This document shows, one piece after another, positions 54,504 through 63,817 of a DNA stretch of 64,000 nt. The stretch covers positions 395,567 through 459,566 of the forward strand of contig JBFXEV010000001.1 of assembly GCA_050179755.1 (NCBI GenBank). The letters run 5' to 3'. Each line of letters opens with the position of its first letter. Position 1 is the stretch's first letter. The translations under genes were made by a program, and so were the position numbers. The stretch is from Candidatus Babeliales bacterium (lineage in GTDB: Bacteria > Babelota > Babeliae > Babelales > JBFXEV01). Below the pieces are notes generated by a model. That model was not told the origin of the DNA. It made no database searches and saw only the letters and a program-made list of their open reading frames with translations.

Positions 54504-57101
54504 ATGTTACCCAATTTCAGTTGTACGCATTGCAAAGATGCACTACCCACTGCTCCCAAGCAAGATCGCATTATTGTGCATGGCGCCAAAGAACATAATC
54601 TAAAAAATATTTGTTTTGAGATACCAAAAGGTAAACTTGTTGCCTTAACAGGGCCATCAGGCTCTGGTAAATCTTCACTTGCCACCGATATTTTGCAAAA
54701 AGAATGCGTGCGGCAATTCTTGGAATCGCTTGGCATGACCACCGATCATCTAGAAAAAGCAAAAGTAGATAAGATCATGGGATTATCGCCTTCTATTGGC
54801 GTGAGCCAACGCGCTGCCGAGTTTAATCCACGCTCAACTGTAGGCACCAAAACGGGTATTCTGACTATTTTACGCACTATGTTTGCAGCATTAGGGCAGC
54901 AGCCATGCGCAGGCTGTGGTGCATTAGTTAAGCAACCGTTACAAGATAAAGAAAATTTACACACTATTGAAGTAGAAGAAGGCAATGCCGATTCTTTAAA
55001 GAAAAGAAAAATAAGCTATTTTAATTGCCCCCACTGTAGCCACCAACTTGAGAAGTTACAGATGGCTCATTTTTCAAACAATACCATTGCAGGAGCATGC
55101 TCCACGTGTAAAGGTATTGGCAAAACTCTGGCAATTAATCTTACTGCGCTACTTGATGAAGAAAGAACGCTCCAAGATGGCGCAGTGCGTTTATGGGATG
55201 CCGCAACAGCAACGTATTATCAAAACGCAATTCTTGCATCAAGCAAGCATTATAATTTTACATTTGATCCTACACTACCACTTAAAAACTATACAACAGA
55301 ACAAAAAAACTTTTTGCTCTATGGTATATCGTTTCCTGATTTTGCAAAAGCCAATAAGGATATCAAAGCGCCAAAAAAAGTAAGCGATGGAAACTTTGAA
55401 GGCGTTGCGACTGCGTTACTCAACATGCATAAAAAAAATCCAGAAACCACGAGTGCTGAAAGCAAACAATTCATTATGCATGCGCCGTGCATAGCATGCG
55501 CAAGCACCGGGCTTTCCGCATTAGGGCGCACAGCAACGGTTGATAAAAAAACTATTACCACTGTTACCAACCTAAGCCTTAATGAACTTCTTGCATGGAT
55601 AGAAAACCTAGATACCACCATAACGCACGATGTAGTGCCTATTTTTACCGCTTTTAAAAGCGCACTTACCGAGCGCACGGCAAACATAGTAGAAGTTGGT
55701 TTAGAGTATCTTACGCTTGATCGCATGCTGCCCTCACTTTCTGGCGGGGAATTGCAACGCGTAAAACTTGCAAGTTTACTAGGCAGCGGATTGACCGGCA
55801 TGCTCTATGTATTTGATGAACCAACAACTGGCTTGCACCCCCATGATACTGCCAAATTATTAGCAACGATTCGGAAATTGCAAGAAGCTGGCAACACGGT
55901 GCTTATTATTGAACACGATACAGAAGTTATCAAGCACGCTGATTATATTATAGATATGGGCCCTGGTGGCGGCACAAATGGCGGCGAAATTGTAATTACC
56001 GGCACGCCGGCAGATGTTAGAGCGTGTGCTGCATCAAGCACGGGTAGTTATTTGGCCAAACAAGTTGTCATTAAAGAGTATGTACGTGCACGTGATTATG
56101 GCGCGCTCACCATACGGGGTGCTAGCGCCTATAACTTAAAAAACATAGATGTATCTATTCCGCTTAAACAGTTTGTGGTACTCACCGGTGTTTCTGGTTC
56201 AGGAAAATCAACGTTCTTATTTGATATTATAGATAAAGTAGTCCGCAAGCATCTTAACCGTGCAAGCGAACTTCCCGGTAAGCATACTGCTGTTGAAGGG
56301 TTGGAACATGTTAATCGTGTAATAACCGTTGATCAAGTTGCCATTGGTAATACAAAATCATCAAGGTCAAACATTGCCACGTACTCAAAATTATTTGATG
56401 CTATTCGTGATCTTTTTGCTGCATTGCCCACTGCCAAATCGCGCGGCTTTGATGCGCAAGCATTTTCATTTAATACATCAAACGAACGTTGCGGGAATTG
56501 CAACGGCGCGGGCGTGGTGGCAATTGATATGGCGTTTATGCCAGATATAGAAGCCGAATGCCCTGCGTGCAACGGCATGCGATTTAGTGCAAGATTATTA
56601 GAAGTACAATTTCAGGGCTATCATGTTGCACAAATTTTAGGAATGACCATCTGCCAAGCCCTGGTGCTTTTTAGACATGAAAAAAAGATTTTTGCACTGC
56701 TTGATATCATGCGCCGCGTTAGTTTGGAACATTTAAAATTAGGCCAATCAACGAGCACGTTATCTGGCGGTGAAGCGCAACGGCTTAAATTATCGGCAGA
56801 ACTTGCAAAAGCAGAAAGCGGCAATACGCTTTATTTACTTGATGAACCAACCACCGGTTTGCATCCACAAGAAGTTGAAAAATTACTGGGTATTTTACAA
56901 GAACTGGTGCTCAAGGGTAACACGGTTGTGATCATTGAACATAAATTAGAAGCCATATGCCAAGCGGATACCATTATTGATTTTGGCCCGGGCGGCGGCA
57001 AAGCCGGCGGCAACATTGTTGCAATGGGCACTGTGCAAGCAGTTATGGCGCAACAAGATTCTTTAACCGGCCAAGCGCTAAAGGTTTATTTAAATGAGTA
57101 A
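54504..57101 (+). CDS. UvrA-like ABC ATPase (short, class II / UvrA2-like)
   Basis: Walker A 'GPSGSGKSS' and 'GVSGSGKST'; signatures 'LSGGELQR' and 'LSGGEAQR'; Walker B 'LYVFDEPT' and 'LYLLDEPT'. Zn modules 'CPHC..CSTCKG' and 'CGNCNGAG..CPACNG'. At 865 aa it is shorter than canonical UvrA. Confidence 0.85.
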   Translation: MLPNFSCTHCKDALPTAPKQDRIIVHGAKEHNLKNICFEIPKGKLVALTGPSGSGKSSLATDILQKECVRQFLESLGMTTDHLEKAKVDKIMGLSPSIGVSQRAAEFNPRSTVGTKTGILTILRTMFAALGQQPCAGCGALVKQPLQDKENLHTIEVEEGNADSLKKRKISYFNCPHCSHQLEKLQMAHFSNNTIAGACSTCKGIGKTLAINLTALLDEERTLQDGAVRLWDAATATYYQNAILASSKHYNFTFDPTLPLKNYTTEQKNFLLYGISFPDFAKANKDIKAPKKVSDGNFEGVATALLNMHKKNPETTSAESKQFIMHAPCIACASTGLSALGRTATVDKKTITTVTNLSLNELLAWIENLDTTITHDVVPIFTAFKSALTERTANIVEVGLEYLTLDRMLPSLSGGELQRVKLASLLGSGLTGMLYVFDEPTTGLHPHDTAKLLATIRKLQEAGNTVLIIEHDTEVIKHADYIIDMGPGGGTNGGEIVITGTPADVRACAASSTGSYLAKQVVIKEYVRARDYGALTIRGASAYNLKNIDVSIPLKQFVVLTGVSGSGKSTFLFDIIDKVVRKHLNRASELPGKHTAVEGLEHVNRVITVDQVAIGNTKSSRSNIATYSKLFDAIRDLFAALPTAKSRGFDAQAFSFNTSNERCGNCNGAGVVAIDMAFMPDIEAECPACNGMRFSARLLEVQFQGYHVAQILGMTICQALVLFRHEKKIFALLDIMRRVSLEHLKLGQSTSTLSGGEAQRLKLSAELAKAESGNTLYLLDEPTTGLHPQEVEKLLGILQELVLKGNTVVIIEHKLEAICQADTIIDFGPGGGKAGGNIVAMGTVQAVMAQQDSLTGQALKVYLNE

Positions 57102-57125
57102 CGATCAAGTTTCTTTGGTAATAAC

Positions 57126-57611
57126 TTAAGAATCTTTTTTGACAGCAACCACACTGCCATTAGTTATTTGTACTAATTCTTCTAGTGTTAATTTAAATAC
57201 GGCATTGTGTGTTCCTGCAGCAGCCCAAATTTCAGCATACTGCATAAGATCTTGATCAATGAGCGTTTGATATTCAAAGGTAAATCCTACGGGTGACACG
57301 CCACCGATTGCATAAGCCGTATGCTTTTCCACAAAGTCTGCATCGGGCCGCTCAATAGCTTCCCCAATGATCTGCGCGATCTTCTTTTCATCCACACGAT
57401 TGGCGCCGCTTGCAATCACGCACAGCGGCTTATCACTTGCTTTGCCTTTAAAAATAAGCGTCTTTGCAATTTGCCCGAGTTCACAACCAATGGCAGTAGC
57501 AGCTTCTTGCGAGGTCCGCGTAAGTTCAGAAAACTCAACAATGTTAGTCTGTATACCGTACTGGAGTAACGCATCTTGCACGCGTTGCACCGATTTTTTT
57601 ATTGTAGTCAT
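57126..57611 (-). CDS. YbaK/ProX-type aminoacyl-tRNA deacylase domain protein
   Basis: 161 aa with 'KTLIFKGK', 'AIGGVSPVG' and 'IWAAAGTHNAVF', typical of YbaK/EbsC editing domains. Confidence 0.7.
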   Translation of the reverse strand: MTTIKKSVQRVQDALLQYGIQTNIVEFSELTRTSQEAATAIGCELGQIAKTLIFKGKASDKPLCVIASGANRVDEKKIAQIIGEAIERPDADFVEKHTAYAIGGVSPVGFTFEYQTLIDQDLMQYAEIWAAAGTHNAVFKLTLEELVQITNGSVVAVKKDS

Positions 57612-57619
57612 GACGAATT

Positions 57620-57976
57620 TTAAGCACTTTTCTTTTCAAATGGCCGCGCATCAAAGAATATCTCATTTTTAAAGATAAGCCCATCTTTAAACGTCATAAG
57701 CACCGCAGTTTTAAGAATGCCCAAAGGCTGTGGGTATTCCACATCGCACGCAAGCATTACCTGATCACCGGCACCACATGCGGCTCGTATAGTAATACTT
57801 TGAACATGCGGCATAAAAAGTTTAAGTGCTTTCAAAACCGCTTCTTTGCCCACAAGGCTATCCATAGGGCTAGTGACGATAACTTCGGGATGAAGATACT
57901 TTTCTAAACTTGCGGCATCTTTAGCGCCTATTGCTTGGTAATACGCTTGCGCGGTGGCTATATTTTTTTGAGTCAT
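57620..57976 (-). CDS. SnoaL/NTF2-like small protein
   Basis: The start at 57976 has an AAAGG RBS. 'AQAYYQAIGAKDAASLEKYLHPEV' is a typical SnoaL-like N-terminus. Forms an operon with the YbaK gene. Confidence 0.5.
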   Translation of the reverse strand: MTQKNIATAQAYYQAIGAKDAASLEKYLHPEVIVTSPMDSLVGKEAVLKALKLFMPHVQSITIRAACGAGDQVMLACDVEYPQPLGILKTAVLMTFKDGLIFKNEIFFDARPFEKKSA

Positions 57977-58070
57977 GTGATTCACCTTTCTGATCAATTA
58001 ACGTTGCATTTCATAATTCAATATAGTAAACTATATCTAATATGTCAACACTTACACCACGAATAGTACT

Positions 58071-58691
58071 ATGTCAGCACAAAAAAGATCTTATAATGCA
58101 GATTCCAGGCAGGCGCAAGCGCAAAAAAATAAAGAGCGTATTTTGGCTACTGCACAAAAACTTTTTGAATCAAAAGGTTTTACCAAGGTAACCATTGAGC
58201 AGATCGCCCAAAAGGCAGAAGTATCAGTGCCATCAATCTATGCGATCTTTAAATCAAAAATAGGCATATTAAGAGAATTAATTGATACCGCTTTGCCAAG
58301 CACTGAGCGCGAAGCGCTTATACATCGCGCCAAAACAGAAAAGTCTCCTAAAGAACGGCTCAGAATCACCGCCGCCATCACGCGTCAACTCTATGACGCA
58401 GAGCATGCACAGCTGGGTTTATTGCAGCATGCAGCAATTCTTGATCCACTGTTTAAAAAATTACAGCAGGAGCGCGAGCAACGGCGCTATAAACGGCTAG
58501 AGGAATCAATGAACATCATGGCGCAAGAGAAGGGATTTGCAAAAGACCTTACCACATCACAAGCGCATGATATTTTGTGGGCATTCACCGGGAGAGATCT
58601 GTATCGCCTGCTTGTCATTGAGCGTGGCTGGTCATCTAATGACTATGAAAAATGGCTCGGGAATACATTGGTAAAAGCGCTGCTGAAGTAA
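58071..58691 (+). CDS. TetR-family transcriptional regulator (intact copy)
   Basis: N-terminal HTH 'ILATAQKLFESKGFTKVTIEQIAQKAEVSVPSIYAIFKSK' followed by an all-helical ligand domain. Confidence 0.8.
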   Translation: MSAQKRSYNADSRQAQAQKNKERILATAQKLFESKGFTKVTIEQIAQKAEVSVPSIYAIFKSKIGILRELIDTALPSTEREALIHRAKTEKSPKERLRITAAITRQLYDAEHAQLGLLQHAAILDPLFKKLQQEREQRRYKRLEESMNIMAQEKGFAKDLTTSQAHDILWAFTGRDLYRLLVIERGWSSNDYEKWLGNTLVKALLK

Positions 58692-58693
58692 TC

Positions 58694-59923
58694 TTATGGA
58701 ATAGTTGCCCGGAACGCTCTTTCAATATCGTTATTCTTATTTTTTAGATACTTATCAAAAAAAGCGACAATGTAATTTGTAGTACGCTCTGTAACTTTTT
58801 GGCCACTTAATGTGCCTATGCCAAATCGTAAATGCAACAATGGCTCAAGCAATGCATTCTCTTTCAGAAAAATTGCATCACCAAAAGACATGTGCCCTGC
58901 ACCATTAATGACCACACGATACACATCGCTCATTTGCTGTGCGTGCAATTTCTCTTTCATGAACGTAGCTTTTCCTAAGATTTTATTTAAATCAGCACGT
59001 GATCTAAAGCCATAATTCATTAACTGATCATCCCTAATGCCTTCAAGCATTTGCGCCCAAGTAACACTTTCTTCTGCAATAATGTGCATAAATGGTTTAT
59101 TGAAATTAACCAATAACTCTTTATCACCAAAAATACCACCATCTATATTTAAGCCTACCTTGATCTCTTGCAATCTATGCGTTGCAAAAAGTGCCGTAGA
59201 ACCTCCCACGGAGTGCCCAAAAATACCTATCGCTTCAGGATTAAGGCTCTTATATAAGAGCGAATCACTATTTGCATTAAGCTTTTTAAGTTCTTTAACA
59301 ACAAACGCAATGTCAGTAACAAACATATCGGTAAACTGCTGCTCTTTTTCCACCGTATCAAGATTCAACTTGACACCTTCAACAATACGCCCATCAGGAA
59401 AAACAACGTGCTCAGAAAAATAGGTATAATCAATAGCCACCACAATGTAGCCATAACTTGCAACGTGCTCACATAAAGCCGTATTCATGGTTCGCATTTG
59501 AGCACACCCGGGCGAAAAAATCAGTACGGGATATGGAGCATTTTGTTGATTCAAAGAAGCATTTAATTTTTCATACACAAAGATTTGATCTAAAGAGTCT
59601 AATTGCGCTTTGGTAGCATTGCCGATGGCATTAATTTGCGCTTTCCAATACGTTATAGCATCCGGCGCATATGCCGTTGGCAACACGTCATTAACAGCAC
59701 CCTCTGTTGGATACCACACTTGAATCATAAGTTCTCTGTGTGCTGGATCACTCGCAAATTCATTCATGCGTGACGTGTCAATCAAATGAACTGCCATTGA
59801 ACCTACAGCATAAAACCCCGTAGGCTTTGGAAGATAAATTGCATTGCTGTTCATACAAAAAACTCCGTTTATTAAAAAAAGATTTAAAAATAATACACAA
59901 ATAATATAGCTATCAGCTATCAT
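58694..59923 (-). CDS. alpha/beta hydrolase (PAF-acetylhydrolase/lipase-like), exported
   Basis: Nucleophile elbow 'FGHSVGGS' and 'YPVLIFSPG', with a hydrophobic N-terminus 'IICVLFLNLFLINGVFC'. The start overlaps the MerR gene stop (ATGA). Confidence 0.65.
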   Translation of the reverse strand: MIADSYIICVLFLNLFLINGVFCMNSNAIYLPKPTGFYAVGSMAVHLIDTSRMNEFASDPAHRELMIQVWYPTEGAVNDVLPTAYAPDAITYWKAQINAIGNATKAQLDSLDQIFVYEKLNASLNQQNAPYPVLIFSPGCAQMRTMNTALCEHVASYGYIVVAIDYTYFSEHVVFPDGRIVEGVKLNLDTVEKEQQFTDMFVTDIAFVVKELKKLNANSDSLLYKSLNPEAIGIFGHSVGGSTALFATHRLQEIKVGLNIDGGIFGDKELLVNFNKPFMHIIAEESVTWAQMLEGIRDDQLMNYGFRSRADLNKILGKATFMKEKLHAQQMSDVYRVVINGAGHMSFGDAIFLKENALLEPLLHLRFGIGTLSGQKVTERTTNYIVAFFDKYLKNKNNDIERAFRATIP

Positions 59924-60696
59924 AAGTTCCTTTCAGCAAATACCTTAATTGCATCAGCGATAAATTGCGCTAATTGCGGATCATACGCATCATAAAACTT
60001 TCTCAATTCAGTATCCATAATAAAGTCCGCATGCCCTGCATACGTCTCTTTTGTAGGCGCCCAGAACTGTTTAATCCATTCATAATGTCTACGCACCACC
60101 TGCTGCACTTCTTGAGATTCTAGCGTTTTTTGCTTACGCATAAGCATCACTAATGCGTTGCAAATCTCATCACCTTCTTGGCGAGCCTTTTGCCAATCAT
60201 CTTTGGTCCATTTTTTAGCATCTTTATAGCTTTGTTGCATAATTTGTTGCATGTCATTGCCATATTTTTTAGTTAAATATTCTTCTACATACTTTTCATA
60301 CAAATATTGTTCTCTAGAATCTGGTTCAAAGCCTATAAACAATTCTCGATCATGCACTGCCTGCTTACCTTCTAAATGATCTATTGTTGTATCAATAGTT
60401 TTTATCAAAGTTTGCAGCCTCCGGATTTTGGTGCTTATTAACTTTTTCTGCGACGCTAAAGTTGCTAATCGATCAAGAACACCTTGAGTAAGAATTTCTT
60501 GAATCTGTTTAAGCGGAAATCCTAATTCCCTAAAAAAAAGGATCTGTTGGAGCGTAAGTAATTCTTTTTCCTGATAATATCGATACCCTGTATCAGCCAC
60601 ATATGATGGTTTTAATAAACCTATTTCGTCATAATAGTGCAACGTGCGTACGCTCACCCCTGCAAGTTCTGCCAACTTTTTTACCGTATACTGCAT
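59920..60696 (-). CDS. MerR-family regulator with TipAS/Mta-like C-terminal domain
   Basis: 'MQYTVKKLAELAGVSVRTLHYYDEIGLLKPS...GYRYY' closely parallels Mta/TipA N-termini. The approx. 150-aa C-terminal helical domain is W/Y-rich. The true start is 60696; the track's 60765 lies in the promoter. Confidence 0.8.
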   Translation of the reverse strand: MQYTVKKLAELAGVSVRTLHYYDEIGLLKPSYVADTGYRYYQEKELLTLQQILFFRELGFPLKQIQEILTQGVLDRLATLASQKKLISTKIRRLQTLIKTIDTTIDHLEGKQAVHDRELFIGFEPDSREQYLYEKYVEEYLTKKYGNDMQQIMQQSYKDAKKWTKDDWQKARQEGDEICNALVMLMRKQKTLESQEVQQVVRRHYEWIKQFWAPTKETYAGHADFIMDTELRKFYDAYDPQLAQFIADAIKVFAERNL

Positions 60697-60730
60697 ATAA
60701 AGCTTCCCTTCATTTTCAATCTCTACATCT

Positions 60731-60761
60731 AGCGTACAGCATAACGTAACGTGAGAGTCAA
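60731..60761 (-). promoter_or_regulatory. MerR-type promoter with 19-nt spacer
   Basis: The minus strand reads TTGACT-ctcacgttacgttatgctg-TACGCT. The over-long 19-nt spacer contains an ACGT-t-ACGT dyad-like core. It lies 35 nt upstream of the merR-like ATG. Confidence 0.45.
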
Positions 60762-60907
60762 GCATTGAGCAAAATAACGTTATAAATCTTTAAAAAGGAC
60801 AGTAGAGTGGAGCCCGCCGGAAGCAATTAACTAGTGGATTACTATTCACCAACCAGCTACCAAGAGCATCAACCTTCACGCCAATCTTTTTTTTAGAAGC
60901 AAATTAT

Positions 60908-61536
60908 GGCATGTCCTCATAAGAGTTTGACCCAAATAAGCAAACAGGCGATGTAGACAATTGATTTGAAATTTCTTGCAAGTTTTTCAAATCTTGTCGC
61001 AACACTTTGGTAGTGTTTGATCTTTGCGAAAAAATTTTCAACCAAGTGCCTCAGTTTATATAAATATGCGTCAAATTCCGGATTTTCTTTTTTACTGTTG
61101 GATCGTCTTGGAATTATCGGACTTACATTTTTGCTCCTCGCATATTCTCGGATTTGATCGGAGTCGTATCCTTTATCTGCAATAAAAACTTCAGCTGTAA
61201 GGACCATGTCCAGGAGCTTCAGGGCGACTGCTGCGTCGTGAACTTCTGGGCCCATCGATTAAAGCGATTAAATGCTGTTTTCCAGGGGCAAAAATCTTCG
61301 GGAACATCTCTCCACGGAGCACCTGCTCTCAGTTTCCAAAGAATTGCTTCTAAAACATCACGACTATCTCTGGTCTTGCGACAGCCTTTCACCTTCATCG
61401 TTATTAAAAGTTGTTCCCATATAGCATCAATGATCATTCGTCGGACCACAGAAGAACTCTCCATCACCGTCAGATGAATAGAGAGTTTTACACAAAATTG
61501 AGGATTTTTAGATGATTAAGTGCACGAGGACATGCC
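60908..61536 (-). mobile_element. IS5-family (IS427/IS1031-like) element with an internal deletion, non-autonomous
   Basis: Terminal inverted repeats ggcatgtcctc (60908-60918) and gaggacatgcc (61526-61536). The OrfA-like product 'VLEAILWKLRAGAPWRDVPEDFCPWKTAFNRFNRW' joins directly, out of frame, to 'GPEVHDAAVALKLL..FIADKGYDSD..YKLRHLVENFF..VATRFEKLARNF'. The segment with the first catalytic D is missing. Confidence 0.7.
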
Positions 61537-61647
61537 CTAGAAGATAATTTATGTCGATCAATTTGATGTAAGCGATGTGATGAAAACGGGGTCAGTTCAC
61601 GAAACGGAAAATATTGTACGTTAGCGATTCAAAATACTTAGTTAGGA

Positions 61648-62052
61648 TTAGCTTGGCGATAAATTACTTCCAGTTTTGGTGATTGTTGCATCTATCTCGA
61701 CCAACTGGTTTTCGTGTCCAAGTAATGCTACGCCTAAAAGAGTCGCTGGAGGTACTATTCCTTTGAAGTAATGCTGCACAGCCTTCCAGGCCTCACTTAG
61801 ATTGTCACTGTTTCCGACTACATAAATGGTGATGTGTTGGATATCACTCTTTCCAAAACGATAGCAGCTCAACAATAGTTCTAGATTAGCAAGACATTGT
61901 TGAGCTTGTTCATATGGGTTAGAAATAGCCACAATGACACCAGACTTGTTATGGGGTACCTGTCCCGAGATGTATAGTTGAGTACCTACATGTTTTGCAT
62001 ACCGATACCCTGGAGTTGCTGGTAGTCCGGCTTTTTCCTCAATTTCATTCAT
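61648..62052 (-). CDS. RidA/YjgF/L-PSP-family protein
   Basis: 134 aa with 'LYISGQVP', 'QAQQCLANLELLL', 'HITIYV' and a 'LVEIDA' C-terminal motif. Confidence 0.65.
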   Translation of the reverse strand: MNEIEEKAGLPATPGYRYAKHVGTQLYISGQVPHNKSGVIVAISNPYEQAQQCLANLELLLSCYRFGKSDIQHITIYVVGNSDNLSEAWKAVQHYFKGIVPPATLLGVALLGHENQLVEIDATITKTGSNLSPS

Positions 62053-62166
62053 AATGCTGCTTGTCTCTTAAATACTGACTAAAACTGTCAGAATGAAGTG
62101 TACTCCATTTTGGCACTGTTAACAATCCTCAATTTTACGGATAATTAACAATCTTGCCATCTGCTT

Positions 62167-62835
62167 TCAGTTCATTAATGTAGTGCGGTAAAGCACCGAA
62201 GGATTATATTTTTGCCCATATACAAGCAAACTCTTTTTTCTCTGACTTTCTCCTGCTTCCGCTTCTAACGGATATATTTCATGATCATCTTCAAAAAGAA
62301 AATCTAGTTCAGCAGTTCCTTCGCTTGCCCAATAATAAAGTTTTTTAGAACCAGAAGCTACAAGTTCTTGCGCCACATGATTTTCTGTTAACGCTCCTTT
62401 AAATTCAGTAAAAAGACTGTTCCCTTCTATAATCATGCGTGCAGAGAGCAAACTTTTGTACGCCAAGCAAGCCAACATCAAGCAAAAAAATCTTAAACGT
62501 ATGGTATCCGCATAAGCACTTAGCGGAAATTTTGGGACCTCTACAAAATTGTTTTTATAAAGCAAGCCAGCATCAACTAGCCATTGTATAGCATCTACAT
62601 AATCTCTGCCCCGTGAGCTCTTTCTAATTGCAGAAAAGCTAAATTTCTTATTTTCTTTTGCAAGTTGCCGATGGACTTGATTCCATACGGTGGTGATCTT
62701 CATAACTTCTTGTGGTGGTGCATGCTTTGCAAAGTCGCGCTCATACGCATTCAAAATTTCCAACTGAACAACGCGAGCAACGGAAAAATTATCATGCTTT
62801 ACATACTCCGCAACCGCTGCTGGCATGCCTCCTAT
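62167..62835 (-). pseudogene. 5'-truncated AAA_14/DUF4143 ATPase (C-terminal 220 codons only)
   Basis: Homology to 17439..18782 begins at 'IGGMPAAV' (about residue 187 of the intact copy) and runs to 'AELDFL..IYPLEAEAG'. There is no Walker A/B part. Confidence 0.7.
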
Positions 62836-62837
62836 AA

Positions 62838-63425
62838 AAAAATAAAGAGCGTATTTTGGCTACTGCACAAAAACTTTTTGAGTCTAAAGGTTTTACCAAG
62901 GTAACCATTGAGCAGATCGCACAAAAAGCAGAAGTATCAGCTCCCTCAATCTATGCGATCTTTAAATCAAAAACAGGCATCTTAAGAGAGTTAATTGATA
63001 CCGCTTTGCCAAGCACTGAGCGCGAAGCGCTTATACATCGCGCCAAAACAGAACAGTCTCCTAAAGAACGGCTCAGAATCACCGCCGCCATCACGCGTCA
63101 ACTCTATGATGCAGAGCGTACGCAAATAGGGTTGCTGCAAAACGCAGCAATTTTAGATCCCGTATTTAAGAAATTAGAACATGAGCGCGAGCAACGGCGC
63201 TATAAACGGCTAGAGGAATCAATGAATATCATGGCGCAAGAAAAGGGATTTGCAAAAGACCTTACCACATCACAAGCGCATGATATTTTGTGGGCATTCA
63301 CCGGTAGAGATCTTTATCGCATGCTCGTTATTGAACGTGGCTGGACATCAGATGACTATGAAGAGTGGCTAACAGAAACATTGATCAAAACACTCATGCA
63401 ATCAACAAAGTCATATATTATCTAA
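62838..63425 (+). pseudogene. 5'-truncated duplicate of the TetR gene 58071..58691
   Basis: DNA is collinear with 58124-58691 from aaaaataaagagcgtattttggctactgc onward. The first approx. 18 codons and the promoter are missing. The track ORF (62856..) needs a TTG start. Confidence 0.6.
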
Positions 63426-63449
63426 GAAGGGTAAAATTAATAATTCAGA

Positions 63450-63803
63450 CTATTTTATTGGTTCTTTTTGCATTTTCTGCTGCTCATGTTCATATCGAAG
63501 CTTAAGCCTATTATAATGCATTTCGTGATTTTCTGTCGTAAAAAAATGACGTTTAACACCTGTCCCAGCTAGTGGGCCACTTACTACTGGCAAAAGCCTA
63601 CTAAAATGATACTCGTTACTTCTTTTACCAAAAGTAGCAACTTGTTCTTCACCATTTGGCAAAGTCAGGTTATATACAATTTTTTCGGAGTCTTCCGACC
63701 TACTAACACTTGGATTATGCTCCATACTTTGTGTGCTATTAAAGCAAAAAACTAACGCAAATAAGTTGATATATATCAATTTTTTAGAATTTAACAATTT
63801 CAT
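63450..63803 (-). CDS. small exported protein
   Basis: 117 aa with signal peptide 'LIYINLFALVFCFNSTQS'. No family motif. Confidence 0.4.
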   Translation of the reverse strand: MKLLNSKKLIYINLFALVFCFNSTQSMEHNPSVSRSEDSEKIVYNLTLPNGEEQVATFGKRSNEYHFSRLLPVVSGPLAGTGVKRHFFTTENHEMHYNRLKLRYEHEQQKMQKEPIK

Positions 63804-63817
63804 GGTTACCTCTTGAG

